From the NCBI RefSeq assembly GCF_009914755.1, contig NC_060937.1: a stretch of DNA of 64,000 nucleotides. One strand, written 5' to 3'. Both the position numbers and the translations under genes were made by a program. Shown in pieces: positions 1 through 12,970 of the stretch. The DNA is from the human T2T-CHM13v2.0 reference genome, Homo sapiens. Position 1 is the stretch's first letter. Each line of letters opens with the position of its first letter. The notes under the pieces are model-generated. The model made no database searches. It was not told the DNA's origin and saw only the letters and a list, made by a program, of their open reading frames with translations.

Positions 1-3000
1 ATAATACATGCATATATTGACATTTTTGAAATGCACAGAAAAAAAATCACTTGTAATTACACCATCTGGTGATAATCAGTCTGAATATTTTGACCTATAT
101 CCTCACAGATTTTCCCCTAACATAAATTGTGAATATAACACATACACACACAATTGGAATTATCCATGCTGGTTTGTAACTGCTTTTATCACTTCACAAC
201 ATATTGAGAACTTTCTTTCATTCCATTATATAGTCTAAACCATGGTTTCTTTCAAGACTGCTCATGGATATACATTAATTAATCAATACCCTAGTGTTCA
301 ATGTTTAGATGTTTCTAAATTAATTCTGAGAACTGATAATTTAGGTAACTGCTTTGAGCTGCAATGACCAGCATGCCCCAAGTAGAAAGCAAGGGCCTTT
401 GGGACACAGCAGCTCTAGAACTTAAAGGGGGCTCATTAAAGACCCTGCAATGCCCTGCCGGAAATGCTACAATTAATAGACTCTGTCTTGTAACTTTTGC
501 TCCAGAAATGTTCTTCCTACTTCTCTGCTAGTGATGGGAGTCTAAAATAAAATTTTCTTTCTCTAGCCACTTCCTAGAAGGCTTCACACATTGTGTCCTG
601 GAACTGGGGAGAAGAGTTGCTGAGCTCTTGCTCCCTCTTTGATATCAAGAGCATTCAGTCAAGTGAAAGAGAAGGGTCTCTAAGCCATTTAGATGTGGGA
701 GAGCTTACTATAATAATAATTTCCTATAAACTTCAATTTCCAGGGCTTCTAAGTATCATATAATGGCAAGTAGAATTTCCAAGAAAGGGAAGGAAGTACT
801 TACTTTTTAAATTAGTTATGTGGCTCTTAACTACCTACGGTTACTAGAATTCTACAAGACATCATCCTGTCTTCATTTTCTGTGTTCATGCAGTATCCCT
901 AGCATCTTCAAGTCTTCGATTAACGAAGCTCATGTGCAACAGTGTTAGGAGTCAAGGTATAATAGCTTTATGTCACCTACTGTGTTTTGATGAACAATAC
1001 AGTATAAAAGCAGAGGAGAATTAGGACAATGATGTTCATCAACAGCACATCACTGTGCTAAGAGGCTGGTAACAGTGTATGTTTTAATGTGGCCTAGTAC
1101 TGATCCTTTTGGCCAGTGTCCTACTTTAACAATGTTACAGTCACACTTCAAGATTTCAGATGGAGAGGTAGAGAAGAAAATCAATAGATACTATTTTTCC
1201 ACTACCAACTGGCCTACATATATATAGCTTCTCTGCCATACTCACATTCAAGGGACCTAAAAGATGCCTTTGGAAGGTCTGGCCCAGTTACCATGCTTTT
1301 AATAACCTCAGGAATCTACTCTGACCACCTCAAAGATTTTAGCTTCATCTCTCAAAGGTCCACAGGAAAGAGCCTATGATCCAGGAAGAATACAAACTTA
1401 TTTGTTCTCTATTTTCTATTCCATTAATATATAAAAAGAAAACTTTTAACAAAGGCTTGCTTGTTACACAAGGACTCTTGTCTGAAACCAAAATCATGTA
1501 GAATTTTATTCCTGAGCCTTAAAAAATACACGGAAAAATACTTATGTAGTTAACTGTGCAAAAGAAAAAAATTAGAAGCCAAAACATTCTTCTGTAATGT
1601 TATAACACAATTTTGTTTTCTTCTTTATTCATTATTCTTAGTTGTTAGGTTTTCAAAAATGACCAGGTATTATTTTTATTCAAAAAACAACTTTCATTTT
1701 TTAAAATGTTACATGCTGCTAGAGCGCAATGAGGTGACCTACTGAAAGTGTTTTCTATGAGCATCTGCTAGAATCACAGGTGAGCATTTGACAAAATTCA
1801 TCGATGTTGTAAAGGGTAATCCGTTTTTCAAAATCAGAGATTCCTGAGTATTGCTTATAAATGAAAACGGAAAATCAGGAATAAATTCTACTGAAGAATT
1901 CTCTCCTGTGTTTAGGAAAGAACAACAACAATAAAAAGCTTACAAAGTTGCCCAGATTCTGTCATCTAAACTCCTTCAAAAAATATCCTGATTTTTTCTA
2001 GAAGTTGTGCAAACCGCACTTAAATTCCAACAACACTGTGTTAATTTTGCTCAAACGCAAGCTGAAAACATATTTTAACATCCTGTCAGAATGAGATACT
2101 AAGAGTGTCGATAAAATGACACTAAAATAAATGTAAATTTGGATTGCTGTTACAAGTGGCTGCTTGGCTCTGCTAAGACGTTAGGTTGCTATAGTACTTT
2201 CCATAGCAACTTTGCATCTTATTACATAAATATTCCCTCAGTGTCCTTCAAGCCTGCTACAGAAACAGGATTAAATCCACTCTCCTATGTAATGATCCTG
2301 CATCAAACCTTACCGGAATGAAATGCCCAGAACACATAATAAACTGTAATGTAGATAATGGTGTTCCTGGCAGTCAATAAGCATCAGGGCACTTTGGGCT
2401 GCACACAGGCGGCGGTGCAGTGACCCTGTACTACTCCCTGGTCATGCGTCTTAACCTTTCCCAGGTCAAGGCGTCAGTGGCTCTCCCTTTGTGAAGATTG
2501 GTTGCTCATGTCCTCATTCTCCTCCTCTCCCTGCCAACTGCCCATCAGCTCAAGCCCTCCACCAGGCTCAAGGGACTCATAGCACTAAGCAAGAAGCCAG
2601 GGCCTGACAGGAGCTGGGAACATGCTGGGCTGTCATGCAGGAAACTTTGTGGAGACCCCACCCAGGTCTAAGCTAGGATCAAACAGGTATGGATTGTTTA
2701 AGAACTTCAGCTAGGCCTCAGCTGAATTTCACCGAGGTGTGGCACAGTTGAGTAGTTAAGAGTATTAGGGAAAGTCCTTGGTCCTGTAGACACCAATGTC
2801 AGCAACACAGATTAATCTTACATAAAATACCAGATTATGGAAAGTTTGTGCACATATGAGAGAGATGTCAAGAATCATGGCATTGATAGGTGCTACATAA
2901 AAATAGGATTATAAAGGGGCTAAGCTTAAAGACAGTTTAGGCTCCAAGTGTGAATTTACAAAACAAACACAGTCTGGTTGGGCAGAAGGAGTGCTTCCAT

Positions 3001-4168
3001 TGAAATGGAATCTTCTGCTACAGGATCAATTTAAATAGCATCTGTTTTCCTGCATTTAAAAGGTGAAGCAATTTACAAAAAAAAAAATTTCTACACTTTT
3101 CAGAAGCATATCCATTACGGAAAGGGAATTGTAACTGCACATGAAATTAGGGAACTTAAAAATCCACCCAAAATAAATATTTATTTGAATTCCTTGGGCA
3201 AGATTAGCAAGATTAAAAGAAAAAAAAAAAAGGAAAGAAACAGGAAAGCCTTGGCTCCTTTGCAAATGAAACTCTGTTTAGAGTTTAGGAAGAAAGCAGG
3301 CTACTCAGCCCACCTTGCAAGATTTCTTTTATCATCTTTAAGCCACATTAGTTCTGATTCATCACATTTCCTTGTTTGGCCCCCTTGGGTTCCCAGAAGA
3401 GAAAATGCTTGTCTTTAATTCAGTGGTCAGTGATGGACACACCCCACTGGTCTATTTCTCTTTCAGGAGATGGTGCCCTCGGCTGTCATTACATGTGAAA
3501 ACAGCTTATCCTTCTATGCTTCCACTCAACACAGACACCCCTGCCCTTGGGGTCTGCTGGCGCCCGGAGCTCAGATCCTGGCATGTGGCCTCAGACTGAG
3601 CCATCTCACTTTCAGTGTCTGAATTCTCTTGTCCCTCTGCCAAGTTCTGAGCCAATCTCGGGTGAGCCTGCTTTCAGTTACATTCAGTGCTTCCTAAAAG
3701 GAAGTTTCTACCAGTGTGAATGACAGAGCCCCTTGCAGTTGGCCCCTTCAGTCAGCTGCTGCACCCTGGTCTGGTATTTAGTAACCCTCTCCTTCTTCTG
3801 TGCCTGGCTGGTGATGGGGTAACAGTGAGCCTCTTCTTAAGCTTGTGCCTGATTATAATCTTCCTGATGGGCATTTTTAAGGATCTTTCAGAAGTACTAC
3901 CACCCAGAAAATACTTAATCAGAAAAAATAGGTTGTCCTGCTATTCAAAGAAATCAATGGGATGGTCAGAGAGCCCTATTATTATTATTTTTATTACTTA
4001 TTTTTTTTTTAACATAAATCTTCCAGCTACATATATAACTATTCAGATAGGCTGATACTGCTAGTTCCAACCAAACCTAATTATGAGTTCCTAATTTGAT
4101 TTAGTGGCTGAAAGATTTGGAAAGTCCTTGTTTGAATTCTTAGTGAAATTAAAAAAAAAAAAATTCCG

Positions 4169-4463
4169 GGCCAGGCGTGGTGGCTCATGTCTGTAATCCC
4201 AACACTTTGGGAGGCCGAGGTGAGCGGCTCACTAAGTCAGGAGATCGAGACCATCCTGGCTAACACGGTAAAACCCCGTCTCTACTAAAAATACAAAAAA
4301 TTAGCCAGGCGTGGTGGCGGGTGCCTGTAGTCCTAGCTACTCAGGAGGCTGAGGCAGGAGAATGGCGTGAACCCGGGAGGCAGAGCTCGCAGTGAGCCAA
4401 GATCATGCCACTGCACTCCAGCCTGGGTGACAGAGCAAGACTCCGTCTCAAAAAAAAAAAAAA
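4169..4463 (+). mobile_element. AluY-like SINE
   Basis: Full dimer GGCCAGGCGTGG...CTCCGTCTC(A)n with Y-type GAGATCGAGACCATCCTGGCTAACACGG and GAATGGCGTGAACC; TSD (A)nTTCC on both sides. Confidence 0.95.
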
Positions 4464-5413
4464 TTCCTTTGTACCTATGTTATGGTGAATTTTCATGAAA
4501 AATTGACAGCTCAGAAAAACACTCTTCATAATTTAGAGTGTCTGCTCCTATAAGGAGCTCAGAGTTTAAATGAAATGCAGTTAAAATCCAAAAACATTTG
4601 TTTGTGTATTATGGAAAGGCATAATGATTGTCTACTGAGCAAGGGACTTTTTAGTTTTACTCTTCTAACATTTGTGTTCAAAGTACACTCATCAAATATT
4701 GGGTGAGGTACATACACTATGTAGTGATGTTCATTTTGGTTTATAATAAATTTAATTTACCAGCTTTAGGACATCCCTAATATTTTTAACTGAAAACACT
4801 TTTTTCAAATGAGTCTTACACCCTAGAGAACTGGGTACCCTGTATCTAACTAACTCTGTGTGCCCTGGGTCCACAGCACCTTGGACATACAAAATGTAGA
4901 TAATCAAAACAGTGCTGGGTTAAAGCTCTCTGGGCCATGGCCTGTTCGCCATGTGACACTGAATTTTGTACGTATAAAGTTCTGAACATTTTGTTTGAAC
5001 ATGCCTCTTTAATACTTGCCATTTCAATTTAATTAGAGCAAATGTTCTCAGGGTTATCATCCTCCTATCAACTTCTGGGACAAAGGCATCGAAAACATTA
5101 AGATCAGAAGAAGGGGAATATGAATTGAAGTCCACAGACTTTTATTGATTACGTACTTGGGGAAAGGCCCAGGGCCACGTGTTGGAGGATGACTAAGATA
5201 ACAAGCAGAGTTAACATTTATTGAGTACTTACTAGATGCTCAACACTGTAAGTAAAGTCAGAAGTGCCTTGCATGCATTGACTTATTAACTCTCACAATA
5301 CTAAAACGTATCGGGTTTTGCCATCTGAGGCCTTACAATCTAGGACAGCCTTCCTCTTTCCTTTCTCCTTTTTATTTCTTGCGAACGCTATCCCGCCCCA
5401 CAGAGTCAACCTG

Positions 5414-5510
5414 GAGGGAGAGAGGGAGGAAGGGAGTGGAAAAGGGTAAGGGAGAAGGAGAGAGGGAGAGAGAGGGAGGGAGGAAGAGAGAGAGAAAGAG
5501 AAAAAGGAAG
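5414..5510 (+). repeat. GA-rich polypurine low-complexity tract
   Basis: ggagggagagagggaggaagggag...gagaaaaaggaag, almost entirely purine. Confidence 0.85.
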
Positions 5511-7595
5511 AACAGATCTGGATTTTAAAGTCTGGCTTCATTTCAGTAGGAGGCAGACTAAACAACAATAAATTTGAATTTTTATCAAAAATTATCTTCA
5601 CAGGCTTCAGAGCAGGATGCCGATCTTCTAGAATGAATGCTTCAATAAATCTGTCATTATTTTTGAATTTATTAACAAAATTGATTTTCATTTTTATCAG
5701 CATCTTAGTTTTGCTCCAGTGAACTCCTTTTCCCCTTTAAGATTCAACTGATCAAGAAGAGTGAACACCCCACCCAGAATTCTATTGTAGATACTGCAGA
5801 ATTATAGCCAAAGACATATTGCAAATTATTATATATGGTAAAAAGAAAAGTACAATGAAATATTCTTCATAACCAAAAAGCAGAGATATATTGAAACATT
5901 TTGATTATTTTTTAAAAAGTAAACCCAAGGTATCATATAAGTCCTTACACAATAAATTGTGCCTTTCCTAAAAACCAAACAAGTCAATTATTTCCATCTC
6001 TTCCCTGCCCCCCAAAATAAAACCCATTACAGGGTACTTTTTGTCTTAGTATGGAGATGACAAGCAAAGCTGGCCCTGGGGGACCACAGACAGAGCGCCC
6101 TGCAGTGGGTGCAGCCTCAGCACCTCCTCCCGGCACAGGCAGGTGACAACTGAAGGATATTCTCTTCTGGAATTTCCAAGAATTCCTGGGTCAGCTACTA
6201 CCCAGGAGGTCTGAAGCAAAATCCCACTGTTTAAGCAGAGAGGAAATTGGCAGGGGATTCCTTACAGCATGGAGAATTTCACTTCCATTACAGCACTGGC
6301 AATTCCCCTGTTAGTGAATTAGAGTGCTACATTTTGAGAGGACTGCTCCTATGTAGGTGACTGGCAGATGCAAATGTGTACCTAAAAACAAGGGATGTGT
6401 CACCCAAGAAGATACCGCTGGAAGGTGTTTCCCTCGGGCTATGGCCTCCATCCTCCTGCTTCAAGCAACAGTTAGCAGGGATTTGTCTGAGGTTTGAACA
6501 AAAGACCAGATGGGAATTCTTGCTGTCAGGCTGTGTCCCCAAATATGCAGGGCTGAAAGAAAAACAACTGCCTGCCTTTGGGCCAGATCTTCAGGGCCCC
6601 GTGGAATAAAAAAGGTTAGTTGCCTTCCTTTCCCTTTAATCAGTCCTGTGCTTTCTTCAGAAACCACATGCCACATTCTCTGGTCCATCTCGTTTTGAAA
6701 AGCACGAAAAGACTTTGAACTGCTCGGGGCCTGGCATTTGAACTCCGGTTCTTTCATCTCTTCCCTCAGAACTTGGCATACAACATGCCCTGCACTTTGC
6801 TCATTAATTCTGCTGACCAAGTAACAAGACTGGTGAAAGTTTTTTTTAAAAGTTCAGGCTCTACTTCACGTTCTCATCAGATGCCTGGGGAATAAACCGA
6901 GAGAGGTGTCGGGGGATCACATCTCCGTCGATGCTTCTGCAGCAGAGGCCGGGCCCCGATCCTATAAGCATGTACGTGCCGCAAGACCTCAGTGAGCATA
7001 CTATTCAGAGTCATCATTATTCTGGTCCTATCCTAAGCAGACTATGAAATTATACACAATTCTTACTTGGGAAATTGACAAGTTATTTAAAAAGAAACAT
7101 CACCAAGACAAAACAAAAAGCCACAGGTTCAAATGAGAATTTCTGACTGATGCAGTTCTTTTCTCCTACACCTACCTTGTCAGGATATTAAGAATCCAAG
7201 TTTCATGTCAACTTGCCTCTCATCCAGAAGCTTCACAAAGGATGAAAGCGCTTTTGACAAAAAAAAAGTTTATTTCTTTATTTGAAGATCTTGTTGAACT
7301 TAAGAAATTCACACAAATCCTTGCCCCCTTCTTTTGCTATGTGAAGGTTTGTAGAATAGAAATCCTGTGAGGAAGGTGGTCTCCTCAAATAAACAAACCC
7401 AAGAGTAAAGCAGTCCTGAGGAATCTGATCTGGGCTTAGCAGGAGACATACATCATTGACACATAAGTGCTGGGTTCATTTTTCAGACAAGGGATATATG
7501 GCTTCAGAAAATAGTGGCATGGTGCCTACTTGTATGTTAAGCACCTGAAAGATTAAAATGAATGAATTTGAGGGTGAAAGGGAAAGTTTCTAAGG

Positions 7596-7801
7596 CAGTG
7601 GTTCTCAAACTTTGGCATGCATCAGAATTTCCTATAGGGCTTAAATCACAGATTGCTGGACTTCACTTCCCCACACCCTGTAGCCACTAGACGTTTTTGA
7701 TTCAGCAGGTCTTGGGTGGGGCCTGCTAACTTACATTTCTAATAAGTTCCTAGATGATGCTGGTGCTACTGGACTGAGAACCACACTTTTGAGAACCACT
7801 G
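7596..7801. mobile_element. MER5A-type hAT-Charlie MITE
   Basis: Terminal inverted repeats CAGTGGTTCTCAAA...TTTGAGAACCACTG; internal gcatcagaat and ctagatgatgctggtgct motifs. Confidence 0.85.
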
Positions 7802-8828
7802 CTTTAAAGAAATTAGAGCCCTTTCTCTATATGCCTGTAGGCAGGAGCTTTTTCTTATGACCATCACTCGCACCCCTACATTCTCTTCTACAGCCCTGGA
7901 GAAACAGAGCATCCTGACCACTTTGCAGTCTTGGTGACCTGATCCTTTTAGAATCTTGATTTTGGTTTCTTAATAAATTAGTAAAGATCCTCGATTCCTG
8001 GTCACCTGCAATCTTTCTGTTAAAAAGTCTCTAACAGGTGTATGTTTTATTCACTTATACACATGAGGAGACAGATCAAATCTATACCATCTCTGTAATT
8101 TTCTTTTTTGGGAATGATGGCAATTATGGTTCTTCCTAGGTCCTTCGGACAACACCCTTCCAATCAGACAAGCAGTCTCCCTTGGTGTCTCATGTTTTGA
8201 ATGAGCTTTTCCCTTGCCTGTTTTTACAATACCAATGGATTTATATATAATTCAATGAGAGCGTTTTAAATCAGCAGCTCCCATTAGACAGAGCACACAA
8301 AGCAAGGTTCTCTCTAAGTTTCTCTTCTTTGTACAACCTAAGGAGTGACACCCCTAGCTTGGTACCAAATGGGGCCAGCCTTTTAATTACAGATTAGGTG
8401 AAAGAACATTTATGGGAAAAGAAGTCTAATTCTCCAGCATCTTGGCTCAGAAGCTAGAAAGCTTCTTCAGGGATTAAACAATTCCCATGTAAGAAGTACA
8501 CTGACTAAAACCAAATTTTATCCATATTTTTAGCATCAGCTGTGGCTGCCGTACTCTGGAAAAGGATTTTCATGGAAACAGGCAAATATCCCTGAAAAAA
8601 GCTTAATGGCCCCAGATCTACGTACGGAGAAACAACTGGAGCAATTTAAATCACTCTGTTCCCAAGAAGGAGTTTAAAGTTCTATTAATAAAAAGCAGAG
8701 TCACTCAAAGATGAAAGTTTAGTATAATTCAAATAAAAGTGAGTTATAGGGCCATTTACTTATTCCCCATCTGAGATTTGGAAGATCATTATGATACCTC
8801 ATGGGTCTGTGGCAGTTATCGGCATTAC

Positions 8829-8946
8829 CTGATTCATCGACTCTCATTTTCTTTGTAGGGCTGTCACAGTTCTCATCATCAGACATTTCCATTTCTTCTT
8901 CGCGGCGGATGCCCATGAGCTGCTCACTTTGAGCATTCCGGAGCTC
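8829..8946 (-). CDS. ENOX1: ENOX1 coding exon F (118 nt, phase 0-1): ELRNAQSEQLMGIRREEEMEMSDDENCDSPTKKMRVDES
   Basis: Acceptor tacttgcag|GAG, donor TCAG|gtaatg. Overlaps ORF 8719..8967. Confidence 0.95.
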
Positions 8947-9149
8947 CTGCAAGTAGAGGATACACAAATGTCAGAGTCACAGACACATATGGCTTTCCCC
9001 AATGGTCTTTGGGTATATATGACTGGCATATTAACATTCAGAATCCAAAGCTTTTATCTCCCAAATATAGCCTCACCTAACCTAAAGGAGGTTCTGAGGG
9101 GTGTGGGGTACAGGGGAGACTGAGGTCAGGCTTAGATTAATCCCTGCTC

Positions 9150-9515
9150 ACCCATGACTAGGGCTCTTTAGCAAATAATTTAATCTCTCTTGAGTCTCAA
9201 TTTCCTCATTTGTACAAAGCGGATAATAACATCCACCTAATAGGGCTGCAAAGATTACATAGAAATACCTGTTACATGGCTGGCACATGTACAGTAAGGA
9301 CTTAGAAATTATGGTTAAGAACATGAACAGTGGAATTTTAAAATGGACTGTTCTACCACTGACCCACACGGTGTGACATTAGGAAGGATTCTTCATCTCT
9401 ATTAACCTAAATTGCTCACTGGAATATTATGATTAAAAATAGTTTTGAGGATGAAATGAGTTAATGAATGTACAGTACTTAGCATCATGCCAGACACTTG
9501 GTTTGCTCAGTTGAT
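9150..9515 (+). mobile_element. Two adjacent MIR fragments
   Basis: MIR core tctcttgagtctcaatttcctcatttgtacaaagcggataataa and 3' end gaggatgaaatgagttaatgaatgtacagtacttagca. Boundaries approximate. Confidence 0.7.
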
Positions 9516-12171
9516 AATGCTGGACATTATTATTTCTCATGCAAACATAGTGCCCCTGCATGTGTGTATGTGCCCATGTGTGATCACATACACACACAGG
9601 CACACACACACACCATTCAGATATCCAAAATTCAAAATTAGTAAGATGTTAGGGAACAAAACACAAACAGATGCCCTTTCTTTCGTATTGCACACGGTCA
9701 TGTTGGGGTTACTGTTTTTGTTGCAATGGTTGCTTTAGCATCACATAATTTAGAGCCACAGATCTTAAGATCACACCTTACTTTCTCCATTTATTAGGGG
9801 AGTGACTACAATCAAGTTATTTATTTGAGACTTTGTCTAGTCACTCACAAGTGAGGAATAATAATACAAGGCTGTTTACATGTAGTAGCATATGTGAAAA
9901 CTCATTGTAAAGATTAAAGAATTACACAGGAAATTTCTTACTACTGTGCCTAAAATCTGAACATTGTAATACTTATGCTAAGTATTTATATTATTATTTT
10001 GTATCAAGCTGTATATTACATATTTGTGAATTCTTCCTTATTCATTCTGTTCTCTTACATGTACTATCTTCAGAAATACTTAAAACAGGGGAAGCCTCCA
10101 TTATTCTTTTTCCCTCTGTAAAGTCTCTAAATAAAAATCAAATAGTTAAAATAATTTCATGTTATGATCAATAAACATATGAGTAATAATAAAACTAAAT
10201 TACTACAACTGATTTATTAGGGGCATGACTTGTGCCCATTTGATGGACATGCATATATCACTCCATGTTATGGGTTTTCTCCATTCTTTTCTCTCCTTAG
10301 CTCACAGATTTTAACTACAGCATGATGGAGAGGAAAGTATTTATTGCTAACAGCATTTGAATGGTCAACTCTGTACCCTGGGAATCACCCTTGCAGAAGA
10401 CAGGGAAGGGAGAAAGCAGAGAGACAAGGTCCGAGGTGGGGTGCAGGGGCACCAATCACAGGCAGCCCTGAGAGGCCAGAGGGAAGGCAGACAAGGCTCC
10501 TAATTTGATTATGCCACCCAGAATAAACAGGTGCCAATTCCATCTTAAATAACACCATCAGGCATTGGAGGTGGGTGTCACATGTGATTAGTGCGGAAAT
10601 TTTTAGGCTGTGGACAGCTAATTTTTCTACTGACAAAGAGCCCAATTCCCAAAGAGGTGGCTTAACACTTGAAACAAGGAAAAGTCAGGTGGAAAGAATA
10701 AATGAGGCTGAAAGGGACTGTTGTTTAGTCCCTGCGATTAATGACAAACTGTCATATGGTAGTTGTTCTTGTGGGAAAGGGTGGTGGAAAAGAAAAAAAA
10801 ATTGAGGAAAAAGAGCTGAGGGTGTTTCCACAGGGTGCCTCTGGTTCAGCATTAAATCACTAGTACACTCTAATAAATCTGTAGAGGTGTTGCAGATAAT
10901 TAACAGATGCTGTACATGGGAATGTGGGAAAAAATCAAGCCAATTATCAAGCTTATACGCAACTGAGAAATCATCCACAATGTTAAATTACCAACTGGTA
11001 TTTAATCAATTCAGCGACATGCAAGAGAAAATCACAGCTAATTTAGAATTCTGTGGCCTAATGTATATCAAAAGAGGTGGGGAAAGTAGCAGGAAGGCAA
11101 AAAGACCCTTCGCAGGAGCACCTTTGACAGCTGCACTCCATCTGTCCTTCTGGAGCATCATTTCTGTCTCCTAGTACCAAACAAAGCAAGCAGGCTCCTT
11201 AGACCTGCATGGAAGCCTTCACACGTCCTGCTCCCCACCACACCCACGCAGAGGAGGCAGGGTTAAGCGAAGGTGAGAAGTTGAGGCAGACATGGCAGGA
11301 AGTGTGATTCAGATCAATATGTGACATTTGCTGACACTCACATTCTAATGATGGCCTTTTTATGCTCAGGTTTATTCGGCAGCAGGCCACCAGCCTTTCT
11401 CTCAACATTCCTTTTAATCATGTTTGGTTTTTATGTGAAAAAATAAATAATTCACAGACTGATCATTCCCAAATCTGAATCATAGTTTATGGACTCCAAT
11501 TTGTGTTTTCATAACCCTCAGTTTGTCTACTGCATCACAAACAGAGGACTCTTTTTTTTTTAATCTTGAAAATCAGCCTTGACCTCAGTCTTAAGTCAGA
11601 GTCAGGGAGAACATCAGGTAAGCACCCTTCATTTTTCTGGCCCCTGAAAAATTAAAGAGAAATCCCACCTCTTCCTTACTCATAATCCTGAACAGAAAAA
11701 CAGAACTGTATCAGTCACCAACCACCGTAGGCATTAGTGAACAAACTAAAAAATGTCCTTCTTAACAATAAATTGCACTAGCATTTTAAGTGTCACATTA
11801 TTGTGAAGTCATTCGGTATTCACCATAATAACAGTGATAATAAAGAATTCATTTGGTATTCATGTGGATATTACATCTAGTGCTATTGGTATTCAACTGT
11901 AATTTAGCATTAGTTAATGGGCACTTAAAATGCTACCCAAATGATTGATATCATAGTACTTTGTGATTCCTCAAACTCTATATAAAATACTTATTTTACA
12001 AGTGTAAGCCAAAATCATTAAATAAATAAACCTTACCTTCCATAAGTTTGGGATTTTGAAAGAGGGGAATGTCATTTAGAGAACTTTAATATTAACATGC
12101 TAGAGATGGAGAGGCATCCAAATGAAAAACATTCTTTCATTAAAAAAAAGAAGCAAAGACAGTATACTTAC

Positions 12172-12203
12172 TTTTAAATTACAGGTTCAAAGCGTACACT
12201 ACT
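12172..12203 (-). other. ENOX1: Candidate 32-nt poison cassette exon
   Basis: tatttttaactccacag|AGT AGT GTA CGC TTT GAA CCT GTA ATT TAA AA|gtaagt; TAA is in frame after exon E. Confidence 0.45.
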
Positions 12204-12863
12204 CTGTGGAGTTAAAAATAACAGCTGGACGACCAGTGACTAATGACACATTTTGGTCCTTCTAAGTGGCAAGGAGGTCAAATTCTAGACTGTTCTCTTG
12301 GGGGTAGATACTCACTTCACACATGCATGGTTGCTGATGGGTGGACCCAGTTGGCCTAGATATTCACTCCCCTTACAACATTGGATCTGGAGAGAAGTGT
12401 AATAGGACTTAATGGCTAGCATAGGGACTAAGATGTTGCTTATGATAAGAAAATATGGACGGAAAGGCGTACTTGTCCAAAGAGCAAACTGTCATCATCA
12501 CGTAGAACACTAAAAAAAAAAACCCTCTGTATTTAAAAGCCAGTTTTCTATTGTAAGCTCCATTTTTCTTCAAAATAATTTGCTAGGGAAAGTGTCTTGG
12601 TTTATTTCTGAAATCTTTACTATGAATGGGAAAAAGTATTTTCTCCCATTGCAGGGGAGAAAAACACTGTGTTCCCTAAGTGTTAAGTCAGCTGCTTTTC
12701 TGGACAAGGAACAAATCTCAGCTGCATTTGGAGCTGACAGTGAGATCAGACAATGGCAGGCGGACTGCCCACTATAACAGAAACCATCATGGCTGCAGCC
12801 ATGCTATTCTCTGCCAATCCAGCTGTGTGATGGTGGTTAAAAAGTAATAATAAAATCACCAAC

Positions 12864-12970
12864 CTCAGAATGCTTTCGCCAAATGTCTATGTTCTTGCGC
12901 TGGGCTTTCGAGAAATGGTCCCAAGCTTTTTGTCTGGTAGAAGCGTTGAAAACGGCCACAATCTGCTCAA
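12864..12970 (-). CDS. ENOX1: ENOX1 coding exon E (107 nt, phase 1-0): FEQIVAVFNASTRQKAWDHFSKAQRKNIDIWRKHSE
   Basis: Acceptor ttcaccaaag|TT, donor GAG|gttggt. Overlaps ORF 12837..13034. Confidence 0.95.

Noticed and set aside
797-814. tacttactttttaaatta, resembling the donor of the 32-nt candidate exon at 12165-12181
   Set aside because: AT-rich short match with no convincing paired acceptor; likely chance.
6092-6110. CTCF-like motif (and another near 40888-40903)
   Set aside because: Mismatches at core positions; not supportable without a PWM scan or ChIP data.
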